Source: a virus (Duplodnaviria > Caudoviricetes). From it: a DNA stretch of 34,284 nt. Where the stretch lies: IMG/VR virus record IMGVR_UViG_3300033513_000451, positions 1 to 34,284 of that record. One strand, 5' to 3'. The position numbers and the translations under genes are program-made. Below, piece by piece: positions 18,601 through 26,722 of this stretch (the first letter of the stretch is position 1; every line of letters begins with the position of its first letter). The notes beneath the pieces were generated by a model, which saw only the letters and a list, made by a program, of their open reading frames with translations, did not search any database and had not been told where the DNA came from.

Positions 18601-19523
18601 GCGAGCGTGACCCCCTCGGTCAGCGTCCGCTGCCAGTTGACCTGCCGAGCGACGGTGTCGGCGAGCGCGGCAGTCTCCGACCCATCGAACTTCTTCTCCC
18701 CGCCCGTCTTCTCCGCAGCCACGGTCGGGTCCGTGAGCGTGAGAGCCTCTAGCAGGATGATGCCGGCGAGGCGGAGGACGTTGTGCGCGAGAGACAGGCT
18801 CTCCGTGCACGTCACCTTCGGCCAGAACATCTCGTCCGTGAGGACGAGCCCTTCCGTCAGCTCGACCTCTTGCGCCGTCTCGACGAGAGCGACTACGCCG
18901 ATGCCGGCCGCGCTGTTTAGGTTGACTCCCCAGCTGTAGTTGATGCCGCCGCCGCTCGACGGGCTCGTCAGCCGCGTGAAGCTCGCACACTGGTTTCCGA
19001 GGTCGATCTCCTCGGTCTCCGACGTCCCGGCTCCCGCCGACATGCCCCCTACGGTGTTGACGCTGCTGTGGAGCGCGCCAACCGCGAGCGCCGCGATGCC
19101 CTCACGCGAGGTGACTGTAACGGAGGCCGTCGACCCACCCGTGTTCGACGTGCTGAGCGTGTTCGCGTCTTCGACCCGGAGGTCCGAGTCGGCGAGGATC
19201 GTGAAGCAGCGCGCCTTCTTGATCGAGCCGCCCAGCGCGACCGTCACCGTAACGGTCTGCGTGCCCTGAGGGACCCCGGACGTTCCGACGTACGTGTAGA
19301 CCGACCCTGGCTCCGTGCCTCCACGAAAGACCGTCGCCCCAGCGACGCGCGTCAGCCCGAGCGAACCGTAGGTGACGCCCACGACCTGGTCGTTCGTCTG
19401 GAGGATCTGGACGATCGAGACGATGACTCCCCGGACTCCGGACGCAGCGCCCGTATGGCTCCACTGCATGTTGCCGGTGGACGACGAAACGACGCTGCCG
19501 GCGTTGTCCCACGAGAGAGCCAT
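15654..19523 (-). CDS. Large fibre-like protein: N-terminal beta-sandwich, ~42 h-x-E-x-h-x-L-x-D repeats and an inserted LamG domain
   Basis: 1289 aa; 7 repeats before and ~35 after the LamG domain (WPFEETSGT..DSVG, FSVSLWF, YHHIVAVYDG, VWVDGV, GQLDEL, LSAADVAALWN). Confidence 0.8.
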   Translation of the reverse strand: MALSWDNAGSVVSSSTGNMQWSHTGAASGVRGVIVSIVQILQTNDQVVGVTYGSLGLTRVAGATVFRGGTEPGSVYTYVGTSGVPQGTQTVTVTVALGGSIKKARCFTILADSDLRVEDANTLSTSNTGGSTASVTVTSREGIAALAVGALHSSVNTVGGMSAGAGTSETEEIDLGNQCASFTRLTSPSSGGGINYSWGVNLNSAAGIGVVALVETAQEVELTEGLVLTDEMFWPKVTCTESLSLAHNVLRLAGIILLEALTLTDPTVAAEKTGGEKKFDGSETAALADTVARQVNWQRTLTEGVTLADVPQLGAAREIAQALTLADTFTRQAGRTCVLAETVDLTGPSDTWSHVSSCWPFEETSGTRHDSVGGVHLTEHESPGYATGVHGNAVDLDANSVQYLDNTTKSLNGLTKFSVSLWFAEAATPASRNHLFGTPNEDVSLQVRAADDSVYFLFGASIYAYTGANKITGTAYHHIVAVYDGGGATNPDRLKVWVDGVAESLTFVGSVPTTISATTGLSVGKVTGDYYVKGQLDELSYFEGWALSAADVAALWNDGAGAFYPPGEQLRKDVGRSAAETLPLADSSARALTAARTLLDAVVLTDAAVDAQKTGAKTKDLTEPLTLTASPTLGRTAARTLPEALTLADQTRRDAGLFPQESISLAASPTLGRTAARTFPETLALTAQAQRATSRALQQPTTLAASLQVGNKVDLTEALVLSPALSRVVNAQRVLSETAALSDPAVGATKNPGAKQLTETLALAHATLNLAGVILSETAHLSDSVTLPGQQVCVETLVLTDAVTIPGHYDKELTETVALADPVLVRERVLAEGITLSSVLSTSGFLDLPQSLQLADSVARQKGAVRNFTESLALTDAAVTTDLTHQGSFSKTLTETLGVADATTRSLAASRTLVENAGLADSFSRSSARARTLTESPVLTDPPVTTELSHQGTYQKDLPETLLITDSWARARTAARTLTEAATLSGAVQKDEARARTEVLSLADSRTLGRTAARTLTEGLALAEVISTQSSGALSLPAAVVLTDQVVFGRTAARTFTEGLTLTDARTRGVGRVLTQSLGAADAIRRDAARIVAQPLSLADARGRGVGRTLAQPLTLADQPQAAKQTAVALQESLALADGLRRDVAVVPTEALALAATPSRGVARSLADTAQLAGLFNSSKTGEANTIDVLNLVDSAQRSASRTLSEALDLADVHSSAVARELREALPLKDLVAQLAGGDRLQLAETLSLADEMVPPGVWVEPVSGLGETYGTTLADSQYHTHLTEVWEE
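15770..17790 (-). repeat. ~35 degenerate 15-25 aa coding repeats (e.g. RTAARTLTEGLALAD)
   Basis: Counted by eye in the translation; Thr/Ser/Ala/Arg-rich. Confidence 0.85.
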
Positions 19524-19526
19524 GAT

Positions 19527-20243
19527 CTACTCTTGCCCGATCGCTCCCGGGTCGGTGGGCTTGCCCCAGCGGACATCGTTCCGCCAGGAGCCGCGTCCCA
19601 GATGCTGGAGGGCCACGCGGCGCGTCACCCAGAGGTCGACCCCCAGCTCCTTGACCTGCCTCGACCAGTACCAGTCCTCCGACTGCACCTCCGCAACCCA
19701 CTTGCCGTTGGGCTTGTGGATCATGTCCTTGATCGTGAAGCACACCCGCTCGACCCACGGCTCCCGGAAGTCGATGAGCAGCATCCCGGTGTTCACCAGC
19801 ACATCCGGCGACGTCCAGGTGACGGGCATGTCGAGGATCTCCGTCACCGTCAGCCGACGCGAGCGCCACGCGTTCTCTGTCACCATGCCGATCGAGGTCA
19901 GACCCAGCTCGTTCTTGATCGGGATGGCGACGGAGAGGACCTTGCACCGGTTCTTCTCGAACTCCTCCCAAAGCTGCTGGAACCAGTCGAAGTCCTTCGG
20001 GACGACGTCCGCGTGGAGGAGGAGGAAGTGTGTGATTCCACCCTTCGTCGGGTCTCCGCGCCGGTTCAGCGCCTCGGCCCAGCAGCGGTTAAAGGCGCTC
20101 GTCAGGAGGGAACTCGCGACCTCGAACGTGTCGATGTTCGACGTGAACAGTGAGCCGACGGCGATGGAGTTCCAGCGGGTCCCGTCGTACGTCGGGAGAC
20201 CCGCGAGGACCTTCACGGCCGTGTTGACCACTTCTTCTGCCAT
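19527..20243 (-). CDS. Glycosyltransferase-like protein, GT-A fold
   Basis: HFLLLHADVVP (DxD variant), NTGMLL, SEDWYWSRQVKELG.DLW..RRVALQHLG; TGATG overlap with the upstream gene. Confidence 0.75.
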   Translation of the reverse strand: MAEEVVNTAVKVLAGLPTYDGTRWNSIAVGSLFTSNIDTFEVASSLLTSAFNRCWAEALNRRGDPTKGGITHFLLLHADVVPKDFDWFQQLWEEFEKNRCKVLSVAIPIKNELGLTSIGMVTENAWRSRRLTVTEILDMPVTWTSPDVLVNTGMLLIDFREPWVERVCFTIKDMIHKPNGKWVAEVQSEDWYWSRQVKELGVDLWVTRRVALQHLGRGSWRNDVRWGKPTDPGAIGQE

Positions 20244-20941
20244 CACTCCACCACGAAGCCCATCGGGACAGGATTCCGCGCCACCTCGCCAGCCGCCGCC
20301 TTGTACACCGCCAGGGCCGCGCCCCACTCCCACTCCAACGTCGCCGTCCAGTTCGCATAGTCGGATGTCGCATCGCTGACGATCCGCTCAATTGCGTTGG
20401 TGATCTTCGCGTAGTCGCTACCGATCTCGAACTCGAAGAGCTGGGTCCACGCGGCGTCCGGGGTGATGGTGACGTCGTTCGTCGTGGTCACCGAGACGAT
20501 CGCCAGGAAGAGTGCCGCTCCCGCCGAGTCCCCCGTCGTCGAGGTGCTCGGATCGCTCGTGGTCCCGGCGCCGGTCGCCGAGTCTTCGAGCCGCGTGCCG
20601 CTGACGTCGACCCCGCTGTACTCGAGCGCCATGGCGTGCCAGGAGCCGTTGAGGTAGGCCTTGAGCTGGAGGGTCAGGGTCCCGGTACCCTCCACCGGGA
20701 TCGAGAAGATCCCGGCCTTCGTGTCGCCATCCACGTCGACCGCGATCGTCCCGAGGGTGCAGGTCCCAGCCGTCTTGGTGAGATCTGAGACGGCGAACGG
20801 CGGGCTCGTGTCGTTGTCCCGCCGGGAGGCGAGGACGACGATCAGGTTCCCCTCGGTCACGTCCCCGGTGAAGGGAAGGGGCAGGGCCGTGTTCGTCTCG
20901 CCGCTCTGCGCTCCCGTGTCCTTGACCTTCTGGATCGCCAT
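20243..20941 (-). CDS. Beta-sandwich virion/fibre-associated protein
   Basis: Thr/Ser/Gly/Ala-rich; GNLIVV, ALEYSGV, AWTQL, WGAALAVYKAA; same style as the N-terminal domain of the 1289-aa protein. Confidence 0.55.
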   Translation of the reverse strand: MAIQKVKDTGAQSGETNTALPLPFTGDVTEGNLIVVLASRRDNDTSPPFAVSDLTKTAGTCTLGTIAVDVDGDTKAGIFSIPVEGTGTLTLQLKAYLNGSWHAMALEYSGVDVSGTRLEDSATGAGTTSDPSTSTTGDSAGAALFLAIVSVTTTNDVTITPDAAWTQLFEFEIGSDYAKITNAIERIVSDATSDYANWTATLEWEWGAALAVYKAAAGEVARNPVPMGFVVE

Positions 20942-20945
20942 GCTC

Positions 20946-22217
20946 CTAGCTCCCGTACACTCCGTAGGCCGCCACGTCCGGGTTCTGGGTGTGGAAGTTG
21001 TTCCCGTCGGCGTTGACGAACTGCGGGTCCTCGACCACGACGTTAGTGACCCAGTTCGGCGTGCCCGGCACGGAGCCGTTCACGACGTTGTCGTCGATGG
21101 AGAAGCCACGCGCCGAGGGATCGTCACCCGGGAGGTTCGTCAGGTCGACCCCAACGTCGAAGATGCACTTCGTGATCTCAGTGTCATTGCCGCAGCCAGT
21201 GCCGTCGAAGTTGATCTCCGAGGGATTCCCGTCGTACCCATCGACCCCGACCCTGAGTCCGTTGTCGTGGAACGTGCAGTAGCGAACGGTGATGTTCGTC
21301 TCCGAGGCCCCGGCCGTCCGGAAGCCGGAGTAGTAGCCGTCCCACAGGAAGCACTCCTCGATGAGGACGTTGCTGATGGAGGTGGTCGCCGCCTGATCCG
21401 AGACCAGGATGTTGTCCCGGTAGACGTAGTCTGGGTTCGTGACGTGGGTTCCGTTCCCATAGATCCAGCAGTTCCGGATCGTCAGGTTGTTGATCACCCC
21501 GTAGTCCCCACCCGACGTGTAGAGCTGGACGCCCCTGCTCGCGTTGTTCCGGATGATCGTGTTCGTCACCGTCATCCCGTTGACGGCCCCGACGTACAGA
21601 CCGTGATCCATCGAGCCGTTCCCCGTGCCCGCTCCCCCGTATCCATCGATCACGCAGTTGTCGATGACGAGGTTCGTCGTCGGGGCCTGGACCTCGATCC
21701 CTCCTCCCTGCTTGCAGCCGTTGGGGTAGGTCGAGACCATCGTCACGTCCCGGATCTCGATCTCGGCGGCCGTGGTCGTGATGGTGCTGTAGGTGCCTCC
21801 CTGGTCGTAGGAGGACATGTCCCACTTCATGTTCTGGACGACGATGTAGTCGGACTCGATGACGGCCTTCGACCCGATCACGACCCCGTGGCGCGTCTCG
21901 CCGATGAAGTACCGCTTGCGGGCGGCGGACAGCCCGCCCTTGTCCACCTGGAGCATGTAGCTCGTGCCGTAGGTGTAGGTCCCGTTCTTGATGAGGTAGA
22001 CGACGTCGTTCGCGTCCGTGTCGTAGGGCGCGGTCCCCCTGGCGGCCGCCGCGATCTTGGCTGCCGTGTCCAGCTCGACGACCGAGTATCCGGCGGCCAC
22101 GAGCGCCGCGACGAGGGCCGTGCTCGACGTGTTCTGCGGCTCCGGGGGAGGGGAGGCCATACCGCCGTTCCCGCCTCCTCCTCCAACCGGCTCCGGCCGC
22201 AGCCGCCACTCAGCCAT
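20946..22217 (-). CDS. Right-handed parallel beta-helix protein (pectate-lyase-like; possible depolymerase or receptor binding)
   Basis: YLIKNGTY, LVIDNCVIDG, DHGLYV, IIRNNASRGVQLY, IRNCWIYGNG, DPQFVNA..NFH. Confidence 0.8.
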   Translation of the reverse strand: MAEWRLRPEPVGGGGGNGGMASPPPEPQNTSSTALVAALVAAGYSVVELDTAAKIAAAARGTAPYDTDANDVVYLIKNGTYTYGTSYMLQVDKGGLSAARKRYFIGETRHGVVIGSKAVIESDYIVVQNMKWDMSSYDQGGTYSTITTTAAEIEIRDVTMVSTYPNGCKQGGGIEVQAPTTNLVIDNCVIDGYGGAGTGNGSMDHGLYVGAVNGMTVTNTIIRNNASRGVQLYTSGGDYGVINNLTIRNCWIYGNGTHVTNPDYVYRDNILVSDQAATTSISNVLIEECFLWDGYYSGFRTAGASETNITVRYCTFHDNGLRVGVDGYDGNPSEINFDGTGCGNDTEITKCIFDVGVDLTNLPGDDPSARGFSIDDNVVNGSVPGTPNWVTNVVVEDPQFVNADGNNFHTQNPDVAAYGVYGS

Positions 22218-22277
22218 CTGCTCTTTCCCCGAGGGAGGCGAGGGCTCGTGGAGGCCCCCGCCTCTCCAGGTTCACTC

Positions 22278-22775
22278 CTACGAAACCGCGACCTTCCACG
22301 TGACCGCGAGCGTGTCGCCCGAGACCACGTTGATCGCCGCGAACGTCTGCCGGCAGAGCATCGGCGCCCCGGTGTTCGAGGAGAAGACCCCGGACTCCGT
22401 GATGGCGAAGGTGCCGCCGGTGGTGAAGGTGAACGTCTTCGTCACCTGCATGGTGTCGTTCGCGACCGTCGTGGTCACGCGCGACACCGTCCCCGCCGCG
22501 CGGCCGGCGCCAGCCGTGGTCGCCTCGGTCGAGAGGCTCGTGTCCGTCGCGGTGGCCGCGGCCGTGCCCGTCCCGATGGCGATGTACGTGAAGGGCTGGT
22601 ATGTCCCCGATGCCGCCGAGCCGAGCAGGTACGCCACGTTGGCCTTCCCGTCGTTCACGATCGCGTTCGGCACGTCCCGAACCTCGATCACCTTGCCGTC
22701 GCGGATGTGCTCCCAGTGCGTCCACCCGCGCAGGCTGAAGCGATCCGCACCGTCCTGTCTCGCTTGCTTTTCCAT
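22278..22775 (-). CDS. 165-aa Thr-rich beta protein (tail-collar / DUF3751-like fibre subunit family)
   Basis: NAIVNDG, YIAIGTG..A..TDTSL.TE, AITESGVF, MLCRQTF..IN..SGDTL.VTWKV. Confidence 0.7.
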   Translation of the reverse strand: MEKQARQDGADRFSLRGWTHWEHIRDGKVIEVRDVPNAIVNDGKANVAYLLGSAASGTYQPFTYIAIGTGTAAATATDTSLSTEATTAGAGRAAGTVSRVTTTVANDTMQVTKTFTFTTGGTFAITESGVFSSNTGAPMLCRQTFAAINVVSGDTLAVTWKVAVS

Positions 22776-22779
22776 TGCG

Positions 22780-22843
22780 CTCTGTCCTCAGTGTTACGCG
22801 GATGGGTTTGTCATCCGCAGGGTTTCAACTCCCGCAGGACGAG
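22780..22843 (-). promoter_or_regulatory. Predicted structured leader that sequesters the RBS of the 165-aa gene
   Basis: CTCGTCCT pairs with AGGAC(A)GAG, which covers most of the GAGGA SD; internal hairpin GCGGATG-N7-CATCCGC. Confidence 0.4.
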
Positions 22844-22849
22844 GGACTG

Positions 22850-22993
22850 CTACGACGGGACTCCTCTGGCCCGGATCCTCTCCTGCAGTACGATCGAGTA
22901 CGTCGGCCTCTGCTCGGCGTTCTCTTCCTGGGCCGGCGGCGCGGGCTCCGAGGCCGCATCCGCGTCCTCGACCTTCTGGTCCTCTTCGCTCAT
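22850..22993 (-). CDS. 47-aa peptide with an acidic N-terminal half
   Basis: MSEEDQKVEDADAASEPAPPAQEENAEQRPTYSIVLQERIRARGVPS; ATGA overlap with the glycosyltransferase stop. Confidence 0.6.
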   Translation of the reverse strand: MSEEDQKVEDADAASEPAPPAQEENAEQRPTYSIVLQERIRARGVPS

Positions 22994-23748
22994 GCCTTGG
23001 CTCCCTCCGTCACGTCGAGGTTCTGCACGACGACCATGTCGAACGTCCCGTCCTCCCTCCTCTGGAGCGTCATCGCCGACGGGATGACCGCGGTCCCGTG
23101 CTCCTTGGCGTACTCCTCGTACTGCTTGCGCCCGATCTTGACCGTCTCGCCCAGGTGGTCCGGCACCACGTCCGGGTTGCACCACAGGATGAAGCCCGCC
23201 TTCCGCGCCTGAACGCACCACGTCAGGTCCTCGGAGAACTGTCCCGTCCGGAACCAGTAGACCTGCTCCCCGACCGGCCGCGTGAAGTCGACCTGCTGCG
23301 TCAGCGTGAGCGCCTGGCGGGACGTGTAGATACAGCCGAAGCCGCAGCCATGGATCGGGAAGAGCTCATGCTCGGGCCAGCTCAGGATCCGGCGCCACGC
23401 CTTCGCGTCCTCATCGAAGATGTAGAGGCGAGGCTCGTACGGCGGGTGCCTCGCGTAGTAGACCCCGGTGCAGACGTCGACCCCGGGGGCCACGACGTCC
23501 ACGATGGCGTTCGCCGGGAGGACCGTGTCCGCGTCTGCCCAGAAGACGCCGTCGAAGCTCTCGTCCAGCCGCTCGGCGCCGGTCTGCGCCACGATGTTCC
23601 GCGCGACGTCCCAGCCGGCGCGGTCCACGAAGATGTCACTCCGCACCTCGATGCCGTTCCTCCAGGCGGTCATGATCGCGAACCGCTGCGAGTGGGCGAC
23701 CTCGGGGTCGATGGGCCCGTAGCTCGGGCAGGCGAACGCTACCTTCAC
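22990..23748 (-). CDS. Glycosyltransferase, GT-A fold (GT2-like)
   Basis: ARN, FWADAD (DxD), GVYYAR, GCGFGC, SEDLTWC..A..AGF..W...V..DHLG; AGGAGG RBS, GTGA overlap. Confidence 0.88.
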   Translation of the reverse strand: MKVAFACPSYGPIDPEVAHSQRFAIMTAWRNGIEVRSDIFVDRAGWDVARNIVAQTGAERLDESFDGVFWADADTVLPANAIVDVVAPGVDVCTGVYYARHPPYEPRLYIFDEDAKAWRRILSWPEHELFPIHGCGFGCIYTSRQALTLTQQVDFTRPVGEQVYWFRTGQFSEDLTWCVQARKAGFILWCNPDVVPDHLGETVKIGRKQYEEYAKEHGTAVIPSAMTLQRREDGTFDMVVVQNLDVTEGAKA

Positions 23749-24122
23749 GGCTTCCCTCCTTGATCGAGAACACGCCGCCAGAGGCCTTCTCGCAGGTCCT
23801 CCTCTGGGAAGAAGAAGTGCCACCACAGTTCCCTCGCGCAGGTCGCCATGTCGAAGCCGAGCGAGTAGCCGCAGTCGCCCCCGTAGAACATGCCCCGGCG
23901 CTTGCGGTCCTCCCGCTCGCGTTCGTTCTCCTCACGGAAGCGGCGCACGGCCTCGGCCCACTGCTCGGCCGTCGGGAGCGGCCGGTCCTTGGGCCACTGC
24001 GCGTAGGTGATCGGCCACGCAACGGGGTCGGGCATGCTCTCGGGGTCGGGCGCCGGGGCGACTGGGCCAAACAGCACGCGCTGGAACGCGCGGACGACGT
24101 CGAGCACGTTGATGGTGTTCAT
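23745..24122 (-). CDS. Hypothetical protein
   Basis: 125 aa starting MNTINVLDVV; ATGA and GTGA overlaps at the two ends. Confidence 0.6.
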   Translation of the reverse strand: MNTINVLDVVRAFQRVLFGPVAPAPDPESMPDPVAWPITYAQWPKDRPLPTAEQWAEAVRRFREENEREREDRKRRGMFYGGDCGYSLGFDMATCARELWWHFFFPEEDLREGLWRRVLDQGGKP

Positions 24123-24922
24123 ATCCCCGTGCACCCCTTGCAGAGCGGCACCTCGGCCCGGCGCCCGGCGCGGTGCAGCTCGCGCACGCGCGTACGCTCG
24201 GGGCTCTCCCAGATCTCGCGCAGCGTCTGGTCCTTGACGTTGCCGAACGTCATCTCGCCCTCGCCGTCGAAGCAGCACAGGGCGACGTCCCCGTTCCAGA
24301 GGACCATGAGCTGCTCCATCGCGCGGTGACACGCCTCCTTGTGGGGCGCACCCCTAAACTTCGTCAGCTCGCCCGCCCAGTTGCCCTCGTACGTGATCAT
24401 CGCGTCCGAGCCCCACCGCTCGCGGAACCGCTCGGTGTCGAGGTTCGGGTCCTCGATCAGGTCGCGCGAGAGGATCAGCTTGACGCGCGTCGGGATGAGT
24501 CGGCGGGCGTGGTCCGTCCAGCGGACGACCTCGTCGAAGTCCGAGAGCCCCATCGCGCCCTCGCGCTGCTCCTTCGTCGTCCCTGTGAGGGAGACGACGA
24601 GCTCTGAGAGCCCGGCGCCCGCGAGCTGCGCGATGGTGGCCGCGTCGAGGCCGGAGCCGTTCGTGTAGAGACTGACGGGGACCTGCGGCAGCACCTGTCG
24701 TGCGAGGAAGACCCGCTCCGCGATCGCCTTGTCCATGAGCGGCTCGCCGAGCCCCTGGAGATAGATCCGCCCGATGAACATGGATAGGTCCACGGCGTCG
24801 GTCAGCACCTTCGAGTAGACCTCGTCGGTCATGCGGCCGCGCGCCCGGCGCATCGTCGGGTAGGTGCAGAAGACGCACCGCGCGTTGCAGGCCGCGATGG
24901 TCTCAATCTGAAGCTGGAGCAT
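24119..24922 (-). CDS. Radical SAM enzyme with a Twitch/SPASM auxiliary-cluster domain
   Basis: CNARCVFC, GLGEPLM, YTNG; C-terminal C..AM..L.VLWNGDVALCCFD...GN.....L.EIW...CKGC. Confidence 0.9.
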   Translation of the reverse strand: MLQLQIETIAACNARCVFCTYPTMRRARGRMTDEVYSKVLTDAVDLSMFIGRIYLQGLGEPLMDKAIAERVFLARQVLPQVPVSLYTNGSGLDAATIAQLAGAGLSELVVSLTGTTKEQREGAMGLSDFDEVVRWTDHARRLIPTRVKLILSRDLIEDPNLDTERFRERWGSDAMITYEGNWAGELTKFRGAPHKEACHRAMEQLMVLWNGDVALCCFDGEGEMTFGNVKDQTLREIWESPERTRVRELHRAGRRAEVPLCKGCTGI

Positions 24923-24926
24923 GGAG

Positions 24927-25199
24927 CTACCTGTGCCTCACGCGCCGGGCCTTCGCCTTCTCCCACCGCTCGGCTGCGCGGCGCCAACCCATGCCGGCGC
25001 GCTTGTTGAAGCCCTCCAGCTGTGCTCCGAGGCCCTCGCCCATCGCTACGACGGCATCGCCCGCCGCCATGAGCTTGTCGTTTGTCTCGCGCTCCTCCTT
25101 CCACATGGCGACGTAGTCCTGGGCCTTGGAAGCGAGCTTGTTCACCTCCAAGCGCAGGCAGACCAGCTCTCCCTCGAACCGCTCGGCCCGGGTACTCAT
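24927..25199 (-). CDS. Hypothetical coiled-coil protein
   Basis: 90 aa, helical; start coupled by ATGA. Confidence 0.55.
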   Translation of the reverse strand: MSTRAERFEGELVCLRLEVNKLASKAQDYVAMWKEERETNDKLMAAGDAVVAMGEGLGAQLEGFNKRAGMGWRRAAERWEKAKARRVRHR

Positions 25200-25279
25200 C
25201 GCACGGCCCTCGCCCGAACGGCGTTGTTGATCGCGGCGCCGCTCCAGATGAGCGCGATCCGCCCACAGCGCGCCGTCAT
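25196..25279 (-). CDS. 27-aa micro-ORF (not in the ORF track)
   Basis: MTARCGRIALIWSGAAINNAVRARAVR; ATGA overlaps with both neighbours and exactly fills the gap. Confidence 0.5.
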   Translation of the reverse strand: MTARCGRIALIWSGAAINNAVRARAVR

Positions 25280-25851
25280 CGCCGGACCCTCTGCTCGAGG
25301 TTCAGGTACGCCGGCTTCTGCGCCTCCAGCACGAAGATGAAGGTCGTGTATCCGGTCACCGGATCCAGGCGCGACTGCTGCCCGACGCGGATGAAGTCGC
25401 CCTTCCAGAGGTTGCGGTAGTCGCTCATCGCGGTCCGGCGCTCGGGGTCGTCGACCTGCTTCCCGTACTCGGCTTGGTCGAGGAAGACGAGGGACTCGGC
25501 GCTAATCACGCGCCGGTGGCCCGGGTCGCCGAAGGCCCAGCGGTCGTTCCACCCCGGGACCGTGGCGCACAGGTTCCCGAGCGGCTTGAGGATCCGCCAG
25601 ATCTCGTAGAAGTGGGCGAAGAAGGCGCGGTCATCGCCGAGACTCCCGAGGTGCTCCAGCAGCTCGTAGGCGTGCACCTCCTCGAACGTGTCGTCCTCGA
25701 ACGGCCATGGGACGTCGTTGAGGTTCCAGACGACGTCCGGCTTGTGCGCCTCCAGATAGTCGACCGTGCGCAGGTCCGTCCAGTCCTTCGGCCGGCCCGG
25801 CGCGAAGATCCGCTTGTCCCTCGCCTCACCACACCCGAGTAGCAGTTCCAC
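25276..25851 (-). CDS. Class I SAM-dependent methyltransferase (Methyltransf_11-like)
   Basis: LLLGCG, WNLN..PWPFEDDTF, LEHL, EIWRILKP.G, DPGHRR; AGGAGG RBS before GTG 25851. Confidence 0.85.
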   Translation of the reverse strand: MELLLGCGEARDKRIFAPGRPKDWTDLRTVDYLEAHKPDVVWNLNDVPWPFEDDTFEEVHAYELLEHLGSLGDDRAFFAHFYEIWRILKPLGNLCATVPGWNDRWAFGDPGHRRVISAESLVFLDQAEYGKQVDDPERRTAMSDYRNLWKGDFIRVGQQSRLDPVTGYTTFIFVLEAQKPAYLNLEQRVRR

Positions 25852-25861
25852 GACACCCCTC

Positions 25862-26722
25862 CTATCTCTCCAACACCTGACGCCAGAACTCACCGGCGAT
25901 CACGCCCCAGTCGAACTTGGCGAGCACTGCCCGCCGCTCCCCGAGGCTCACGGGCTCCGGGAGTGCGTCGAAGACGGCGACGAGCCGCTCCACGAGCTCC
26001 GGCCCCGCGCACTCCGGGACGAAGACGGCGTGCCCCTCGTACCACCGCCGCATGTCCGGGCGGTCGAAGACGATCGGCCGCGCCCCGCATGCGAGCCCCT
26101 CGATCACGGGCAGCTCGAAGCCCTCGACCCGCCGCAGACCCGAGACCCAGCGCGCGCAGCCGTAGATGCGGGCGAGGTCCTCGTCCGCGATGCTCTGGCC
26201 CGACTGCCACGTCCGCTCGTGGCGCGGGGCCATCCCCGCCACCTCCTCGGGGCCCACATGGTAGACGCTCAGCTCGGCGCGCAGCGCCGCGTCGGCTACC
26301 TCCTCGATCGCCTCGGCCTGCGGGCCGGAGTCGTAGCCCGAGGTGACGACCCCGACGTAGCGCGCGGCACCGTTCCCCCGGAACACGGGGTCCACGCCGA
26401 GCGGGGCGAGGTAGAAGCGGGCGCCCGCCGGGAGCAGGTCCCGCAGGTCGAAGTAGCTCCACGTCAGCTCGGCGCGGCGCCAGAGCGTAGTCCACGAGGC
26501 GGGGCCGTGCGCCGTGTGGAGGCAGTACTGGATGACGGCGACACGTGGGGCCACGACGTTCTCGATTGCGTCCGGCCCGATGGCATGGAGCACCTGGAGG
26601 TCCACGTCCTGCGGTGTGCGGACGATCTGGACCCCTTTCGGTGCACGCACTCGCAGCGCCTGCGCGACGCGGTGCATGGCGACGCTGAGGTTGTGGGGCA
26701 CGACCTCCAGGAAGACCCTCAC
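25862..26722 (-). CDS. Glycosyltransferase, GT-B fold (GT4-like)
   Basis: APLGVD, EGFELPVIEGLACG (Ex7E), C-terminal FDW..IA..F. Confidence 0.85.
   Translation of the reverse strand: MRVFLEVVPHNLSVAMHRVAQALRVRAPKGVQIVRTPQDVDLQVLHAIGPDAIENVVAPRVAVIQYCLHTAHGPASWTTLWRRAELTWSYFDLRDLLPAGARFYLAPLGVDPVFRGNGAARYVGVVTSGYDSGPQAEAIEEVADAALRAELSVYHVGPEEVAGMAPRHERTWQSGQSIADEDLARIYGCARWVSGLRRVEGFELPVIEGLACGARPIVFDRPDMRRWYEGHAVFVPECAGPELVERLVAVFDALPEPVSLGERRAVLAKFDWGVIAGEFWRQVLER

Noticed and set aside
22776-22849. Hammerhead ribozyme (CUGAGGA, GAAAC and GUA are present on the minus strand)
   Set aside because: Only 3 nt lie between GUA and CUGAGGA, so there is no stem I, and the bases that should close stem II do not pair
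20661-23763. Long + strand ORFs (808 aa, 568 aa) and other antisense or alternate-frame ORFs in the track
   Set aside because: These are shadow ORFs expected in very GC-rich DNA; they are Arg/Pro/Ser-rich, lack motifs and overlap well-supported minus-strand genes
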